Positions 41,415 to 51,154 of a DNA stretch of 64,000 bases are shown piece after piece. The stretch is from a virus. Lineage: Duplodnaviria > Heunggongvirae > Uroviricota > Caudoviricetes. Made by a program: the position numbers and the translations under genes. The stretch is from IMG/VR virus record IMGVR_UViG_3300021400_002728, positions 165,154 through 229,153 of that record; one strand, written 5' to 3'. Under the pieces are notes generated by a model. That model worked only from the letters and a program-made list of their open reading frames with translations. It ran no database searches and was not told where the DNA came from. Each line of letters begins with the position of its first letter. Position 1 is the stretch's first letter.

Positions 41415-41415
41415 A

Positions 41416-41649
41416 TTACCACTCATAGTATTCACCTTCCTCAAAAGCTAAAACTACTGATACATTTGAAGTATATCTAGACCAATAGAAATCCATCATA
41501 TTTTCAAACTCTTCTTTTGTATTAGCCTCGTAGAGTTTCTGTCCTTCTTTTTTGACAAATCCTAAACTAATTCTTTGTCTATTGATACCATTTTGATCTA
41601 AATAGTCTTCAAGTGTTCTTTTATCTATCAACCAAATTTGATAATCCAT
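41416..41649 (-). CDS. hypothetical protein
   Basis: ORF with GGAGG RBS. Confidence 0.65.
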   Translation of the reverse strand: MDYQIWLIDKRTLEDYLDQNGINRQRISLGFVKKEGQKLYEANTKEEFENMMDFYWSRYTSNVSVVLAFEEGEYYEW

Positions 41650-41673
41650 AGAAATACCTCCTTATATACAAAG

Positions 41674-41737
41674 AAAATGACCTGCCTCTAGTGAGACAAG
41701 TCATTTTTCACTTTCATACTATATTATAATTAAATAG
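41674..41737 (-). repeat. leader element copy 9
   Basis: matches consensus; G-U pairs on minus strand. Confidence 0.85.
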
Positions 41738-41762
41738 CACTTTACAATCAATACGAAAGTCT

Positions 41763-42878
41763 TTATTCATGTCCAGCTTTCTTTCTAACCTTGTGAAAGA
41801 TTGTATCGAATGTATCTCCAGGTTCAAGATCAAAAAGTTCAGTTTCCATAGACGAAATAGCGAACTTATTATTTTTCCAGTCATATCCACGATACCAACC
41901 TTCTTTAGAATATTTAGTTTCCCATTCTTCTAAAGATACGTATTTTGCACCAGTTTCATTATTTATTCTAATAAGTCCTTTATTTTTATTAGTATTTTTA
42001 TTTCCAGTGCCTTTAGTCCAACCTTGTGGTTCATATATAGTTATAAATTCTTCTTCTAAAACATATTTATAAGTTTTTCCATTATTTATTGCTATTTTAC
42101 CTCTAATATGACCACATTTTTCAGTATTACCTTTTAGTGTTTTTGAAATTTTAGCTTTACACTCTTTAGATAATTTTTTACCTTTATTACTTTTACTAAT
42201 ATTTTCATTCCATTCTTTATTATGTGGTAATGGTTTACCTAAATGTGCTTTTCTATTCTTTTCATTAGATTGTTTGTTTTTAGGTGGACCTTTAATTATT
42301 GCACCGGATTTAACTAATTTTTCTAATTCATTAGCTTTTACTAATTTATACTGATTATTATAATAAATCCAAGTTCTACCTAAATTTTGATGTAGTGTTT
42401 TACTTAAATTTTTAAACCGTTCTTTTTCTTTTTCAGAACAGACGTGTTTAGATCCAGTTAATCTTTTAGACATTAATTCAGAATTTATTTTACTTATTTG
42501 ATTTATTTCTTCTTTATTGTTAATAATAAAATCTTCTAAATTATATGTAATACCATTAGCTTTATGTTGTCCTAAAAATCTAATAACTGCAGTTGAATTT
42601 GCAAGTTTATATTTATTATTGTAACTACAAAAACACAAATATAAATGTGCTAAAATATGATCAGCTCTAGATAAATATACTAAATTATCTTCGGTATTAT
42701 CTAATTTTTTAGATATACTTTTATAATAATAGTTAGGAATGATATGATGTAAATCATATCCTCGTTGTTTAATATTAGATTTATTTTTGACAATTAGTTT
42801 CACATATTTAGATAAATATTTATTATTAATACATAATTTTAAGTCTAATAGTTTATTTTTCAGATCTTTCTGTGTCAT
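41763..42878 (-). CDS. HNH (Mob-like) homing endonuclease fused to a duplicate of the radical SAM C-terminus
   Basis: HHIIP...DNLVYLS..DH.LAH.YL; NUMOD-like repeats; ends FAISSMETELF...DTIFHKVRKKAGHE. Confidence 0.8.
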   Translation of the reverse strand: MTQKDLKNKLLDLKLCINNKYLSKYVKLIVKNKSNIKQRGYDLHHIIPNYYYKSISKKLDNTEDNLVYLSRADHILAHLYLCFCSYNNKYKLANSTAVIRFLGQHKANGITYNLEDFIINNKEEINQISKINSELMSKRLTGSKHVCSEKEKERFKNLSKTLHQNLGRTWIYYNNQYKLVKANELEKLVKSGAIIKGPPKNKQSNEKNRKAHLGKPLPHNKEWNENISKSNKGKKLSKECKAKISKTLKGNTEKCGHIRGKIAINNGKTYKYVLEEEFITIYEPQGWTKGTGNKNTNKNKGLIRINNETGAKYVSLEEWETKYSKEGWYRGYDWKNNKFAISSMETELFDLEPGDTFDTIFHKVRKKAGHE

Positions 42879-43767
42879 GACCTGCTACCTCTCGCACATG
42901 CTTAAACATGGAGTCCAAAGTATCATTTTCTTTAATTGGAAAAATATTTTCAGTTTCCATTGAACTAATTGCATAAGTATTATCAATTAAATTTACAAAA
43001 AATGTATATTGTCCTTCGGCACCCATATTATGAAGTGCCCATTTCTCGGGACCAACCTTCTCTTCCATATGAAGATCTATAGTAGCAAGTGTGTCAAATC
43101 CAATACCATTGAATCTATCCTTGTTTTCCATAAGATGTTTATCAAGGTAATCGATGTTGGCATCTACTTCATCTTTATGCTTTTCATAGTACTCAACACC
43201 ACGACCCTTATGTTTGAATCCTAGCATAAGAAGCTTAAGATTATGATCTGCCATATTCTCAAGATCTTCTTTGGTGAAGCATCCATCAATAACATGAACT
43301 ACTACATTCTTGAGACCGTTCTCCCAAAGAATAGAATCTGACGAATTAGTAAGAGAAACACCAATGCCCCATACTAACTGTCTATTCTGCCAATCTTTAA
43401 GAGTCTCAACATTATCCTTAAGATGTTTCTGGTTGATTGTAATGTTTACAAATACACCTTTTTCTTTCATCTTAATAAGGAATGCTTCAAGTCCAGGATG
43501 AGTCATATCATTTGCATTGATTGCCATCTCTGTACCAGGATGTACAGTGTCAAAGATCGGATTAGTGAGATCTGCATGAGGCTTATCCATATTGCAGTTC
43601 AAATAACAGTATTCACAACCACCATTACACTTTTCTGTGATTGTGACATCCATACTTTCTGCAAAATCTGGAGTAAGATTGTCAAGGTCATTCATACGAA
43701 TCTTTGTGCCGTCATCAAAAAGACGAACAGTATAATTTCCATTTTTATATTTAGCAAGAAGCTTCAT
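42853..43767 (-). CDS. radical SAM enzyme
   Basis: CNGGCEYC (CxxxCxxC), ESMDVTIT. Confidence 0.85.
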   Translation of the reverse strand: MKLLAKYKNGNYTVRLFDDGTKIRMNDLDNLTPDFAESMDVTITEKCNGGCEYCYLNCNMDKPHADLTNPIFDTVHPGTEMAINANDMTHPGLEAFLIKMKEKGVFVNITINQKHLKDNVETLKDWQNRQLVWGIGVSLTNSSDSILWENGLKNVVVHVIDGCFTKEDLENMADHNLKLLMLGFKHKGRGVEYYEKHKDEVDANIDYLDKHLMENKDRFNGIGFDTLATIDLHMEEKVGPEKWALHNMGAEGQYTFFVNLIDNTYAISSMETENIFPIKENDTLDSMFKHVREVAGHDTERSEK

Positions 43768-43795
43768 ATCTAAGTTCCTTTCAATTTTTTAGATT

Positions 43796-43827
43796 ATTAT
43801 AACATAACAAATTTAGTTTGTATATAG
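43796..43827 (-). promoter_or_regulatory. sigmaA-type promoter for the radical SAM gene
   Basis: CTA-TATACA-N17-TATAAT with TG. Confidence 0.65.
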
Positions 43828-43838
43828 TTTAAACTATA

Positions 43839-44453
43839 TTATTTTTTATATTCTTTCCATTTTTGATAAAATGCATATATATTAAGTTTACCTTTGGTAA
43901 AGCCTTTACCATACCAATCAGTATATTTATCACTATATGTGTTAGCATCACTGTTAATTGCTACATAGGCAGGTATTTCATTTATAGCATTTAATGTTCC
44001 TATTGGTAATGAGCTGATTGTGTCTATATATACTACGTCAGCATCTGCACATCCTTTAGTTACATCATAATTACCATCTACATCTATTTCAGTAATTAGA
44101 TCATAGTAGTCTGTATGTAAAAATGCTTCATCAATTGTATAGTAATCTCCATTTTCTTCAGGTTCACCTATAAAAACATGAAAAGCCCTAGAATATGTTT
44201 GAGGTTCCCAGTCTCTACTCAATAAAACATTAATATCTTTTTCAATATCATGTATTTTTGCTACTCTATCTTCTCTATCTACACCTAAATATTTATATGG
44301 TAATTCAGTTTCAATATTATCTGCAATTTGCTTGTTTATAGTAAGTCTAAAATTACCTAAAGTTACAGTAAAACCACTATCTATATCTTCAATTGTGTAT
44401 TTTTTACTATTTTTATTATCTAGTATTAAATCTTTTACTTCTTCGACTGTCAT
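43839..44453 (-). CDS. hypothetical protein
   Basis: ORF with GGAGG RBS. Confidence 0.65.
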   Translation of the reverse strand: MTVEEVKDLILDNKNSKKYTIEDIDSGFTVTLGNFRLTINKQIADNIETELPYKYLGVDREDRVAKIHDIEKDINVLLSRDWEPQTYSRAFHVFIGEPEENGDYYTIDEAFLHTDYYDLITEIDVDGNYDVTKGCADADVVYIDTISSLPIGTLNAINEIPAYVAINSDANTYSDKYTDWYGKGFTKGKLNIYAFYQKWKEYKK

Positions 44454-44518
44454 GGTTTTCCTCCTATAAAATAGAGGACCTAATCGCTTAGATCCTCTTT
44501 GTGCTATTTATGTCTTCC

Positions 44519-44899
44519 TTAATCTCTACCACTGAAGCTAAATGCAGTAATATCACCTTCAGCTACATCAGCATATTCTTCCATTTCTTCTATAGTCTGA
44601 TCAAAAGTAAAGTAATCTCGGTTATTTGCATATTGTTTTAGATAATTAAGATCTAATGGTACGTCATCATCAATTAATCCTTCTGCATTCATCTCATCAA
44701 TAAAATCTTTTCCAGTCTTAAATTTTTGTTCGCTAGACTGTGTTCCGCTGTCCCATCTATTCCAAAATACTATATCTTCTAAATTATCATAATTTTCTTC
44801 ATGTTTACTAAATCTAATAAAATCAGTAGATTTCATCATAACTAGAACATGTACGCTGGAACTATTGGTTTCAAACATACTTGGTCTAAATTGAATCAT
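44519..44899 (-). CDS. FETNSSS-motif family protein
   Basis: true start MIQFRPSMFETNSSSVH behind GAGG. Confidence 0.75.
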   Translation of the reverse strand: MIQFRPSMFETNSSSVHVLVMMKSTDFIRFSKHEENYDNLEDIVFWNRWDSGTQSSEQKFKTGKDFIDEMNAEGLIDDDVPLDLNYLKQYANNRDYFTFDQTIEEMEEYADVAEGDITAFSFSGRD

Positions 44900-44912
44900 A
44901 TTATACCTCTCT

Positions 44913-45623
44913 TTATCTTTTTCTGTTTTTCTTTTTATTGTGACGGTTTTTCTTAGTAAGATAGAAGTCATCATCTTCCCAAGCAGCATCTTCTTCCTGA
45001 AGATCTTCGATAGTTTTATTTTCGTAACCATCATATCCGTCGTATTCGCTTTCAATATCTTCATCATACTCTTTCTTATGTGCGAGATATTCTTTTTCAG
45101 CTTCAACTTCTTCATCAGAGATGACCATCTTAGCGAATCTAGTTGATTCCCAATCAATCTCATTACCGTCTTCGTCTATACAAATAATAAGATATTTTGG
45201 ATCTTTAATTAATGTCTGAACAGTTTTAATCTCACCTTTTGTTAAATACTGTGAATTATCCCATTCATCATTATAACCATGCCATTCACTAAAACTCTGA
45301 AAATCACCAAAACATTTAGCAAGAAGAACTTCTTCTCTGCAGAAAGTAACTCTTCTATTTTCAGGATCAGCATTTACTGGTCTACCATCTACATATATTT
45401 CTTTGACACCTGCATGTTTAAGTAAACCTAAGAACTGTTCTTCTTCCTGTTTAATTGCTGCCCAAGCGTATACTCCATTTAGATCACTTTTCCAATGATC
45501 TCCATTGGAATCAATTCTAACTACAGGTGGAATTTCAAGTTCAGCTACTTGACAAATCTGTACAGCAAATGTCATAGTAGACGAACTATTTGTTTCAAAT
45601 AATCCATATCTTACTTGAATCAT
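44913..45623 (-). CDS. FETNSSS-motif family protein
   Basis: MIQVRYGLFETNSSST. Confidence 0.75.
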   Translation of the reverse strand: MIQVRYGLFETNSSSTMTFAVQICQVAELEIPPVVRIDSNGDHWKSDLNGVYAWAAIKQEEEQFLGLLKHAGVKEIYVDGRPVNADPENRRVTFCREEVLLAKCFGDFQSFSEWHGYNDEWDNSQYLTKGEIKTVQTLIKDPKYLIICIDEDGNEIDWESTRFAKMVISDEEVEAEKEYLAHKKEYDEDIESEYDGYDGYENKTIEDLQEEDAAWEDDDFYLTKKNRHNKKKNRKR

Positions 45624-45638
45624 AATTATTTCTCCTTA

Positions 45639-46673
45639 TTAATTCTTCTGCATATCATTTCCAACTATATTTAACAGTTCTACTTTTAATGCATTACCCA
45701 TTTCTAATACTTGACTTATCCAACTATCGATTATGTGTCTTGGTGGAAATTCTGATTCAGGTTTGTCAATTAATGATACCATTAATTTTATATCGTCTAT
45801 TTGTGAAATAACCATATTGATTGCTTTATTTGACTTACTTATTTTATTAGCTTCAAGATCGTCTAGTAGATCTAATAAATTCTGATATTCAGTTAAATTA
45901 GGAACTTCAGCTAGCATTATAGCAAGTAAAAAGTTGGTAAGTAAATTTCTGCTTATTTTAAATAATCTGTGAATATCATCTTCATCACAATCATCAATGC
46001 GCTTGTTAGAATATGCTATATTTAAAGATGTGAGTAGACCACTACCCTTGTTAAAATAATGATTAATATTTTCTACATTAGATAAATCATCTGAATTAGC
46101 TACATCATCAGTTACAGTAAAAACACGAATCATACTACTCATATTTTCACAATAATCTACTAATGACTTAAGATGATATATTTTAAGACCATTATCAGTT
46201 ATAGGAATATTCCAATACTCACCATGATAGTCAATATCTTTTAAATCATGTGTTTGTCCAACCGTAAATTTTTTTAACCACATATCCAAATCTGGTGTAA
46301 GTTTACGAATATCATTGGCTAAATTTTTGAGTCCATAAAATTTCTCTTCATCAACCTTAGCACGATCAAATGGTAGTTCAAATACTTTCCCTCTATTTTC
46401 GGGATTTTCACGAAATTCCTCTCCATATTTTACAATAACATTTTCAAAACTATTTATAGACTTCATAGCTATAAATGTTCCAGTGTATAAAATAGCATTT
46501 TTTGTAACATCATTATCTGATCTATTAAAATCAGTTATTGCCTCTATAGCTTGTTGATAATATGCCTGAGCCTCTCTAAAGTCTATAATTTTATCAAAAT
46601 CAGCACCAAATAACTGATATTTATTTAAGTACTTTTTAAGTAATTCTTCATTTTGTACTGTTTGACTTTTCAT
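45639..46673 (-). CDS. hypothetical helical protein
   Basis: start MKSQTV behind GGAGG. Confidence 0.65.
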   Translation of the reverse strand: MKSQTVQNEELLKKYLNKYQLFGADFDKIIDFREAQAYYQQAIEAITDFNRSDNDVTKNAILYTGTFIAMKSINSFENVIVKYGEEFRENPENRGKVFELPFDRAKVDEEKFYGLKNLANDIRKLTPDLDMWLKKFTVGQTHDLKDIDYHGEYWNIPITDNGLKIYHLKSLVDYCENMSSMIRVFTVTDDVANSDDLSNVENINHYFNKGSGLLTSLNIAYSNKRIDDCDEDDIHRLFKISRNLLTNFLLAIMLAEVPNLTEYQNLLDLLDDLEANKISKSNKAINMVISQIDDIKLMVSLIDKPESEFPPRHIIDSWISQVLEMGNALKVELLNIVGNDMQKN

Positions 46674-46698
46674 GCTGGATCCTCCTTTTATATAATAC

Positions 46699-46759
46699 AA
46701 ATAGCGTACCTATTGCTAGATACGCTATTTTTCACATTCATACTATTATATATAAATAG
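46699..46759 (-). repeat. leader element copy 10 (covariant stem)
   Basis: AAATAGCG..CGCTATTT. Confidence 0.8.
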
Positions 46760-46762
46760 CTT

Positions 46763-46990
46763 TTAATTATTCATTTGATCTATTTTATCAAATATATCTG
46801 TAAATAGTCTCATCTTAGTTTTTGCATTAGTAAGTAGCTTCTGGTAGGTATATTCATCTATATCCAGAACTGACATTACTTCTACTATGTTTAATTCTTC
46901 ATAGTAGGTTAATATTAAGACCATTTTCTCTTGTTCGGTCATATAAGACATGCCTTTAGTTAAGGCTTCTACCAAGCTTTCTTTGTTCAT
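46763..46990 (-). CDS. stand-alone sigma-70 region 4-like protein (FliA/SigD-like)
   Basis: L..G...MTEQEKMVLILTYYEELNIVEV..VLDI......L...AK.KMR. Confidence 0.65.
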   Translation of the reverse strand: MNKESLVEALTKGMSYMTEQEKMVLILTYYEELNIVEVMSVLDIDEYTYQKLLTNAKTKMRLFTDIFDKIDQMNN

Positions 46991-47002
46991 ATAATTTACC
47001 TA

Positions 47003-47452
47003 TTAAGAAAGTCTAAGTGAGATAAATTTCTTACCTTCACCAAACTCATTATCTACTGCTTCCTGACAAACTTCAAAGTCTTCCATTGTAGTGAGTTTAG
47101 TAGTTTCATTGAATAAAACCTGAATAAGACCCTTTTTATCATAACAACGATAGTTACCTCTTTCTTTGTATAATTCAAATAGCTTTACTACGTTCTCATC
47201 AGAACATCTTACATTCTGAACACCAATTGCAAGAAGACTATTAAGGAATCCTCCTATATAATCATCTTCAAACTCTCGTTCAGGTCTATACCAACAGTAA
47301 TAGTCGTTAAACAATATTTGAAGCATAGAATCTTCACTGTTAGGTATCAGTGTAACAGTTTTCTGTACTGTAGCATTACCTTTAGGGTCATATACAAATA
47401 CATGACAAGATGAACTGTTTGTTTCAAACATAGCGTTTCGTATTTCTAACAT
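47003..47452 (-). CDS. FETNSSS-motif family protein
   Basis: MLEIRNAMFETNSSSCH. Confidence 0.75.
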   Translation of the reverse strand: MLEIRNAMFETNSSSCHVFVYDPKGNATVQKTVTLIPNSEDSMLQILFNDYYCWYRPEREFEDDYIGGFLNSLLAIGVQNVRCSDENVVKLFELYKERGNYRCYDKKGLIQVLFNETTKLTTMEDFEVCQEAVDNEFGEGKKFISLRLS

Positions 47453-47457
47453 AATAA

Positions 47458-47907
47458 CTAATTCTCCTTATCCATAGTTTCATCTTTACATTCGCCTATT
47501 CGTATAAGTTCTTCTATAACTCTATGACATTCCGCTTCTACGTCTTCTGTAGTAGCATACATATTATAGTATTCTGAATCTCCACTCATAGCTCTAGCAT
47601 ATTCAAGTATATCTTCTATGTTAGGATCATTTCCATGTAGTTTACGAATACCTTCTTCATCAATACCATCCCACAAATGATGATGATCCCATCCAATAAA
47701 CCAACCATTAAGTCCTTTAATATGACCACTAAAAGTTAATCCAACTGAGTTAAAGTCAAGTTCAGTAAAGTGGATTTCATAAAAAGGATGAGTTTCTGGA
47801 ATATGAACATATCCGCATCTATATCCCTGAATATCATGAAACCATACAGCATATAAATAATTTTTATATTTATTTATTACTTCATAGTCTTCGGTTGGTT
47901 TAAGCAT
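47458..47907 (-). CDS. hypothetical protein
   Basis: GYRCGYV.IP..HP, GLTF, WFIGWD.HH. Confidence 0.65.
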   Translation of the reverse strand: MLKPTEDYEVINKYKNYLYAVWFHDIQGYRCGYVHIPETHPFYEIHFTELDFNSVGLTFSGHIKGLNGWFIGWDHHHLWDGIDEEGIRKLHGNDPNIEDILEYARAMSGDSEYYNMYATTEDVEAECHRVIEELIRIGECKDETMDKEN

Positions 47908-47910
47908 ATA

Positions 47911-48276
47911 TTACTCCTTAATCTCTGGAAATCTTACATTCTGACCAAAATAACCCACAATATCTGTATTCCAATATCTAATGAATGCTTCAATTTCAGT
48001 TGTTCTGAAAAATAATCTTTCACCTTCTTGATCAGCAACTCTAACAGAATAATGATTGTCCCAAATATCTACTATAATATATGGTTCAGTCATAAACTTA
48101 TAAATTGTTCCAGAATCCTCTTGCGTGCAAATTACTAATTTGCTATCATTATAAAGCTCCATCATTTCAGTTTCAGACATTTCAGAAAGTTCTGCATATT
48201 CTTTAACCATACCTAAAATGGATTCTTTTACATCATATTCAAAGAATCTTTCAAGTTCTCTATTTCTAGGATTCAT
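47911..48276 (-). CDS. hypothetical protein
   Basis: ORF with RBS. Confidence 0.65.
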   Translation of the reverse strand: MNPRNRELERFFEYDVKESILGMVKEYAELSEMSETEMMELYNDSKLVICTQEDSGTIYKFMTEPYIIVDIWDNHYSVRVADQEGERLFFRTTEIEAFIRYWNTDIVGYFGQNVRFPEIKE

Positions 48277-48288
48277 ATTATATTCTCC

Positions 48289-48684
48289 TTATCGTACAAA
48301 GTATTTCCAGCCATAAGGGAAATTATAATCAACTCCACAACAAATGTCTCTAATTTTGATTTTTATAATGTCACTTGCTCCACCATAGCCAGAGATACTA
48401 AGTTCTTTTTCCATTTCTCTACACTTCTGAGCAAATTTGATATATTTTGAATAGAATCTACCTTTATCGTCATCATACTTCATATCTATAGAATCTATAG
48501 TGTTCTGATTAGGAAACTTAATATAGTCTTCCATGCATACATCATACGCTGCTTTAAGAGTTCTATACCATTCATCAATATCCTCAAATTTCTCAGTGCT
48601 AGTGAACTTAAGAACTTCATTAGGTATCTCAGGATCGATGAAATTAGTCATTTCATACATAATAAATACCTCCTCAACCTGCAC
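48289..48684 (-). CDS. hypothetical protein
   Basis: likely start MYEMTN. Confidence 0.65.
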   Translation of the reverse strand: MQVEEVFIMYEMTNFIDPEIPNEVLKFTSTEKFEDIDEWYRTLKAAYDVCMEDYIKFPNQNTIDSIDMKYDDDKGRFYSKYIKFAQKCREMEKELSISGYGGASDIIKIKIRDICCGVDYNFPYGWKYFVR

Positions 48685-49039
48685 CTACGTATGCGTCAAT
48701 ATATAATACCTCTCGTTTCATTTGATAATCAACAGTAAGTGCTTGTATTTCATTTCCATTTACATACGCAACTGAACCAGTTTGATGATAGATATTTTCA
48801 AACATCTTCATATCCCATTCTTTATCTACAATTCGAACAGAATCTGCATGAATCTCTTCTCTAAATTCTCCATTAGGACCTTTCCATTCAACAGGTCTAC
48901 CATGTGAATCCCAGTAATAGCTAATAACTACATCTATATCTTGTGCAGTAAAAACTATTTCTTCTACTTCATTCATTTTTTCGAATTCAAAACTAATAGA
49001 TTCCATACTATATTTCCTCTTCAGTTTCCAGTATAACAC
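48674..49039 (-). CDS. hypothetical protein
   Basis: likely start MESISF. Confidence 0.6.
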   Translation of the reverse strand: MLYWKLKRKYSMESISFEFEKMNEVEEIVFTAQDIDVVISYYWDSHGRPVEWKGPNGEFREEIHADSVRIVDKEWDMKMFENIYHQTGSVAYVNGNEIQALTVDYQMKREVLYIDAYVGAG

Positions 49040-49241
49040 GTTCTACATAGGGATATAATGTGTCATAGTAATCACATGCCCATTCAGTAAGATCACAAGT
49101 ATCTCCACCATAATTCTCATCAAATGGTACAAATCCAGACATAATGTTCATTATAATAGAAGAAATATTACTTTCAACAATTTGTTCTTTAGTCATATAT
49201 TTCTTCATGTAGTCTCTAACCTTTCTTTCATCAGAAGTCAT
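49008..49241 (-). CDS. hypothetical protein
   Basis: ORF with GGAGG RBS. Confidence 0.6.
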   Translation of the reverse strand: MTSDERKVRDYMKKYMTKEQIVESNISSIIMNIMSGFVPFDENYGGDTCDLTEWACDYYDTLYPYVERVILETEEEI

Positions 49242-49243
49242 AT

Positions 49244-49645
49244 CTAATCCTCCTTATTAACTGTAATCTTTATAATAAATGAATCATGTTTATATCTGTC
49301 TCTATCTTCTACTTTTACCTTAATTCTAACTTCTTCAAGTTCAGTATTATCATGATATTGATCTATCCAATACTTAGCCCATCTAGTAATTTCTTTCTTC
49401 ATACCAGATAAACTTGTACTCCATTCTTCTTGACATAACCAATATAACATAATGTAATCATCTTGAACATATATATCACTATCTTTATCACGTAATGGCT
49501 CATACTTATTATGATTAAACTCATAAATATTTATAGAGTCTTCATTAAAACAAGGAACAGGCGCATCTGCATGTGCTTTCCAGTTTATCTCAAAATTATC
49601 TACTAAATAAGAAAGAAGTTTCATAATAACCTCCTTATAATACAA
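49244..49645 (-). CDS. hypothetical protein
   Basis: likely start MKLLSY. Confidence 0.6.
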   Translation of the reverse strand: MYYKEVIMKLLSYLVDNFEINWKAHADAPVPCFNEDSINIYEFNHNKYEPLRDKDSDIYVQDDYIMLYWLCQEEWSTSLSGMKKEITRWAKYWIDQYHDNTELEEVRIKVKVEDRDRYKHDSFIIKITVNKED

Positions 49646-50156
49646 ATTTAATTATACAACCAATAGTTATATCTAAAAATACGAATACCCAAGTAAATAC
49701 TACACCAGCAGTACTATTACCGTCAATTCTAGCAAGACTAATTCGTTTAATTGGTCCACAAGGGATTCCTTTTCCATTAAATATATCTAAGAATAAATGT
49801 GACATACAACCTAAGAAGAAACCTATCATAGGTGTAAAAAAGAAATAACATAATACTAATCCAATTGTATAAGTAATTGGATCATGCAGAATTCCTCTGT
49901 GGTTTGAGCCAACCTTACCAAGTTTCTTATTAATAGCACCTATAACTGTAGACACTGGTGCAGAAAGCTGTCCCATATGACTACTAGGATTATCTATGTC
50001 TGGAAAAATACCACCTAAGATACCACCAAGTATAAATAATGTAGCTGTCTCAGGTGTATTAGTTACATTAGGAATTATTGCAGCTACTTTATCTAAGTTC
50101 ATTGTTACTGCTGTACCAACTGCTGCTCCATATACAAAATGACAATTTCCATTCAT
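49635..50156 (-). CDS. YdjM-like membrane metal-dependent hydrolase
   Basis: N-terminal H, PDID, HRGILH, SHLFLD with TM helices. Confidence 0.8.
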   Translation of the reverse strand: MNGNCHFVYGAAVGTAVTMNLDKVAAIIPNVTNTPETATLFILGGILGGIFPDIDNPSSHMGQLSAPVSTVIGAINKKLGKVGSNHRGILHDPITYTIGLVLCYFFFTPMIGFFLGCMSHLFLDIFNGKGIPCGPIKRISLARIDGNSTAGVVFTWVFVFLDITIGCIIKFVL

Positions 50157-50180
50157 AGATTAAATACCTCTTTTTGTTTT

Positions 50181-50212
50181 ATTATAACAAGAAACCGTCA
50201 ACTTGTAAATAG
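50181..50212 (-). promoter_or_regulatory. sigmaA-type promoter
   Basis: CTATTTACA-N17-TATAAT with TG. Confidence 0.75.
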
Positions 50213-50241
50213 TTTCTTATTATAACTTAATGTAATCTTCT

Positions 50242-50607
50242 TTACTTATAAATGCTAATCTTTTGTAAGCAATCTACAGGAAATTCAATATCGTCTTCTT
50301 TTCTGATATTGATTTCTCTACAAAGATCATACAAGGTCTCATACTTATCAGAATTACTGTCGAGATTAGCTATCATAAGACTAAATGTATTAGGACAATG
50401 TTCCTCAAAGAACTTAGTAACTGCCTCAAAATTCTCTCTAGAATCTGAAAGTGCATACTTCAAACTTTCATGAGTTTCATGTAAATCGCCTGAAATACAT
50501 CCAGCTTGTTCCATCTCATATTCACTATAACCTCTACTAGCTCTTTCATAATCTTTAGAGGCCTTGCTGAAGAACAATAATTGCTCTTCTAACTCTACAT
50601 ACTTCAT
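50242..50607 (-). CDS. hypothetical protein
   Basis: ORF with GGAGG RBS. Confidence 0.65.
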   Translation of the reverse strand: MKYVELEEQLLFFSKASKDYERASRGYSEYEMEQAGCISGDLHETHESLKYALSDSRENFEAVTKFFEEHCPNTFSLMIANLDSNSDKYETLYDLCREINIRKEDDIEFPVDCLQKISIYK

Positions 50608-50617
50608 TGTATACCTC

Positions 50618-50806
50618 CTATACTTCTAAATGAACTATAAATTTAGATCCTTTAGGTTCAATAGAATAAATTATTTCTGTTAATAATTCCGGCTTATTCA
50701 TTCTAATTGCATTCTTATCTGCTTCATAGATTATATCACCACGATCACCACGTTCAACTCTGATAATCTCTGAACCAATGACTTTAAGGAACTGTTCTAA
50801 TATCAT
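50618..50806 (-). CDS. small hypothetical protein (paralogue family)
   Basis: MILEQFL...IIYE. Confidence 0.65.
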   Translation of the reverse strand: MILEQFLKVIGSEIIRVERGDRGDIIYEADKNAIRMNKPELLTEIIYSIEPKGSKFIVHLEV

Positions 50807-50818
50807 AAATATTCCTCC

Positions 50819-51154
50819 TTATGTCCAATCGTTATTGATAATATAATCATTAACTCTCTTAGCAAAAGCAAGAGCAGATTTGAGAACTTCAATATATTCT
50901 TCTGTATCAGCAAAAGAGTCTGCGCACATTCTCATACCATGTGATACTTCAGTTCTTTCTGGATCATATCTATGCTTTACTGGTGTACCATCAAATCGAG
51001 GATTACCTACACTAGAAAGTCTTACTTCTACTACATGTTTTTCTGCTGCATCTGAACTTTTTACTTTAAGGCCTTCCCAAGGTGTATCATTTACTCCAAT
51101 ACCAGAGTCCTTTACTAAGGTAAAATCACCTTCTGAAAAAATTACTTCTAACAT
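50819..51154 (-). CDS. hypothetical protein
   Basis: ORF with GGAGG RBS. Confidence 0.65.
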   Translation of the reverse strand: MLEVIFSEGDFTLVKDSGIGVNDTPWEGLKVKSSDAAEKHVVEVRLSSVGNPRFDGTPVKHRYDPERTEVSHGMRMCADSFADTEEYIEVLKSALAFAKRVNDYIINNDWT

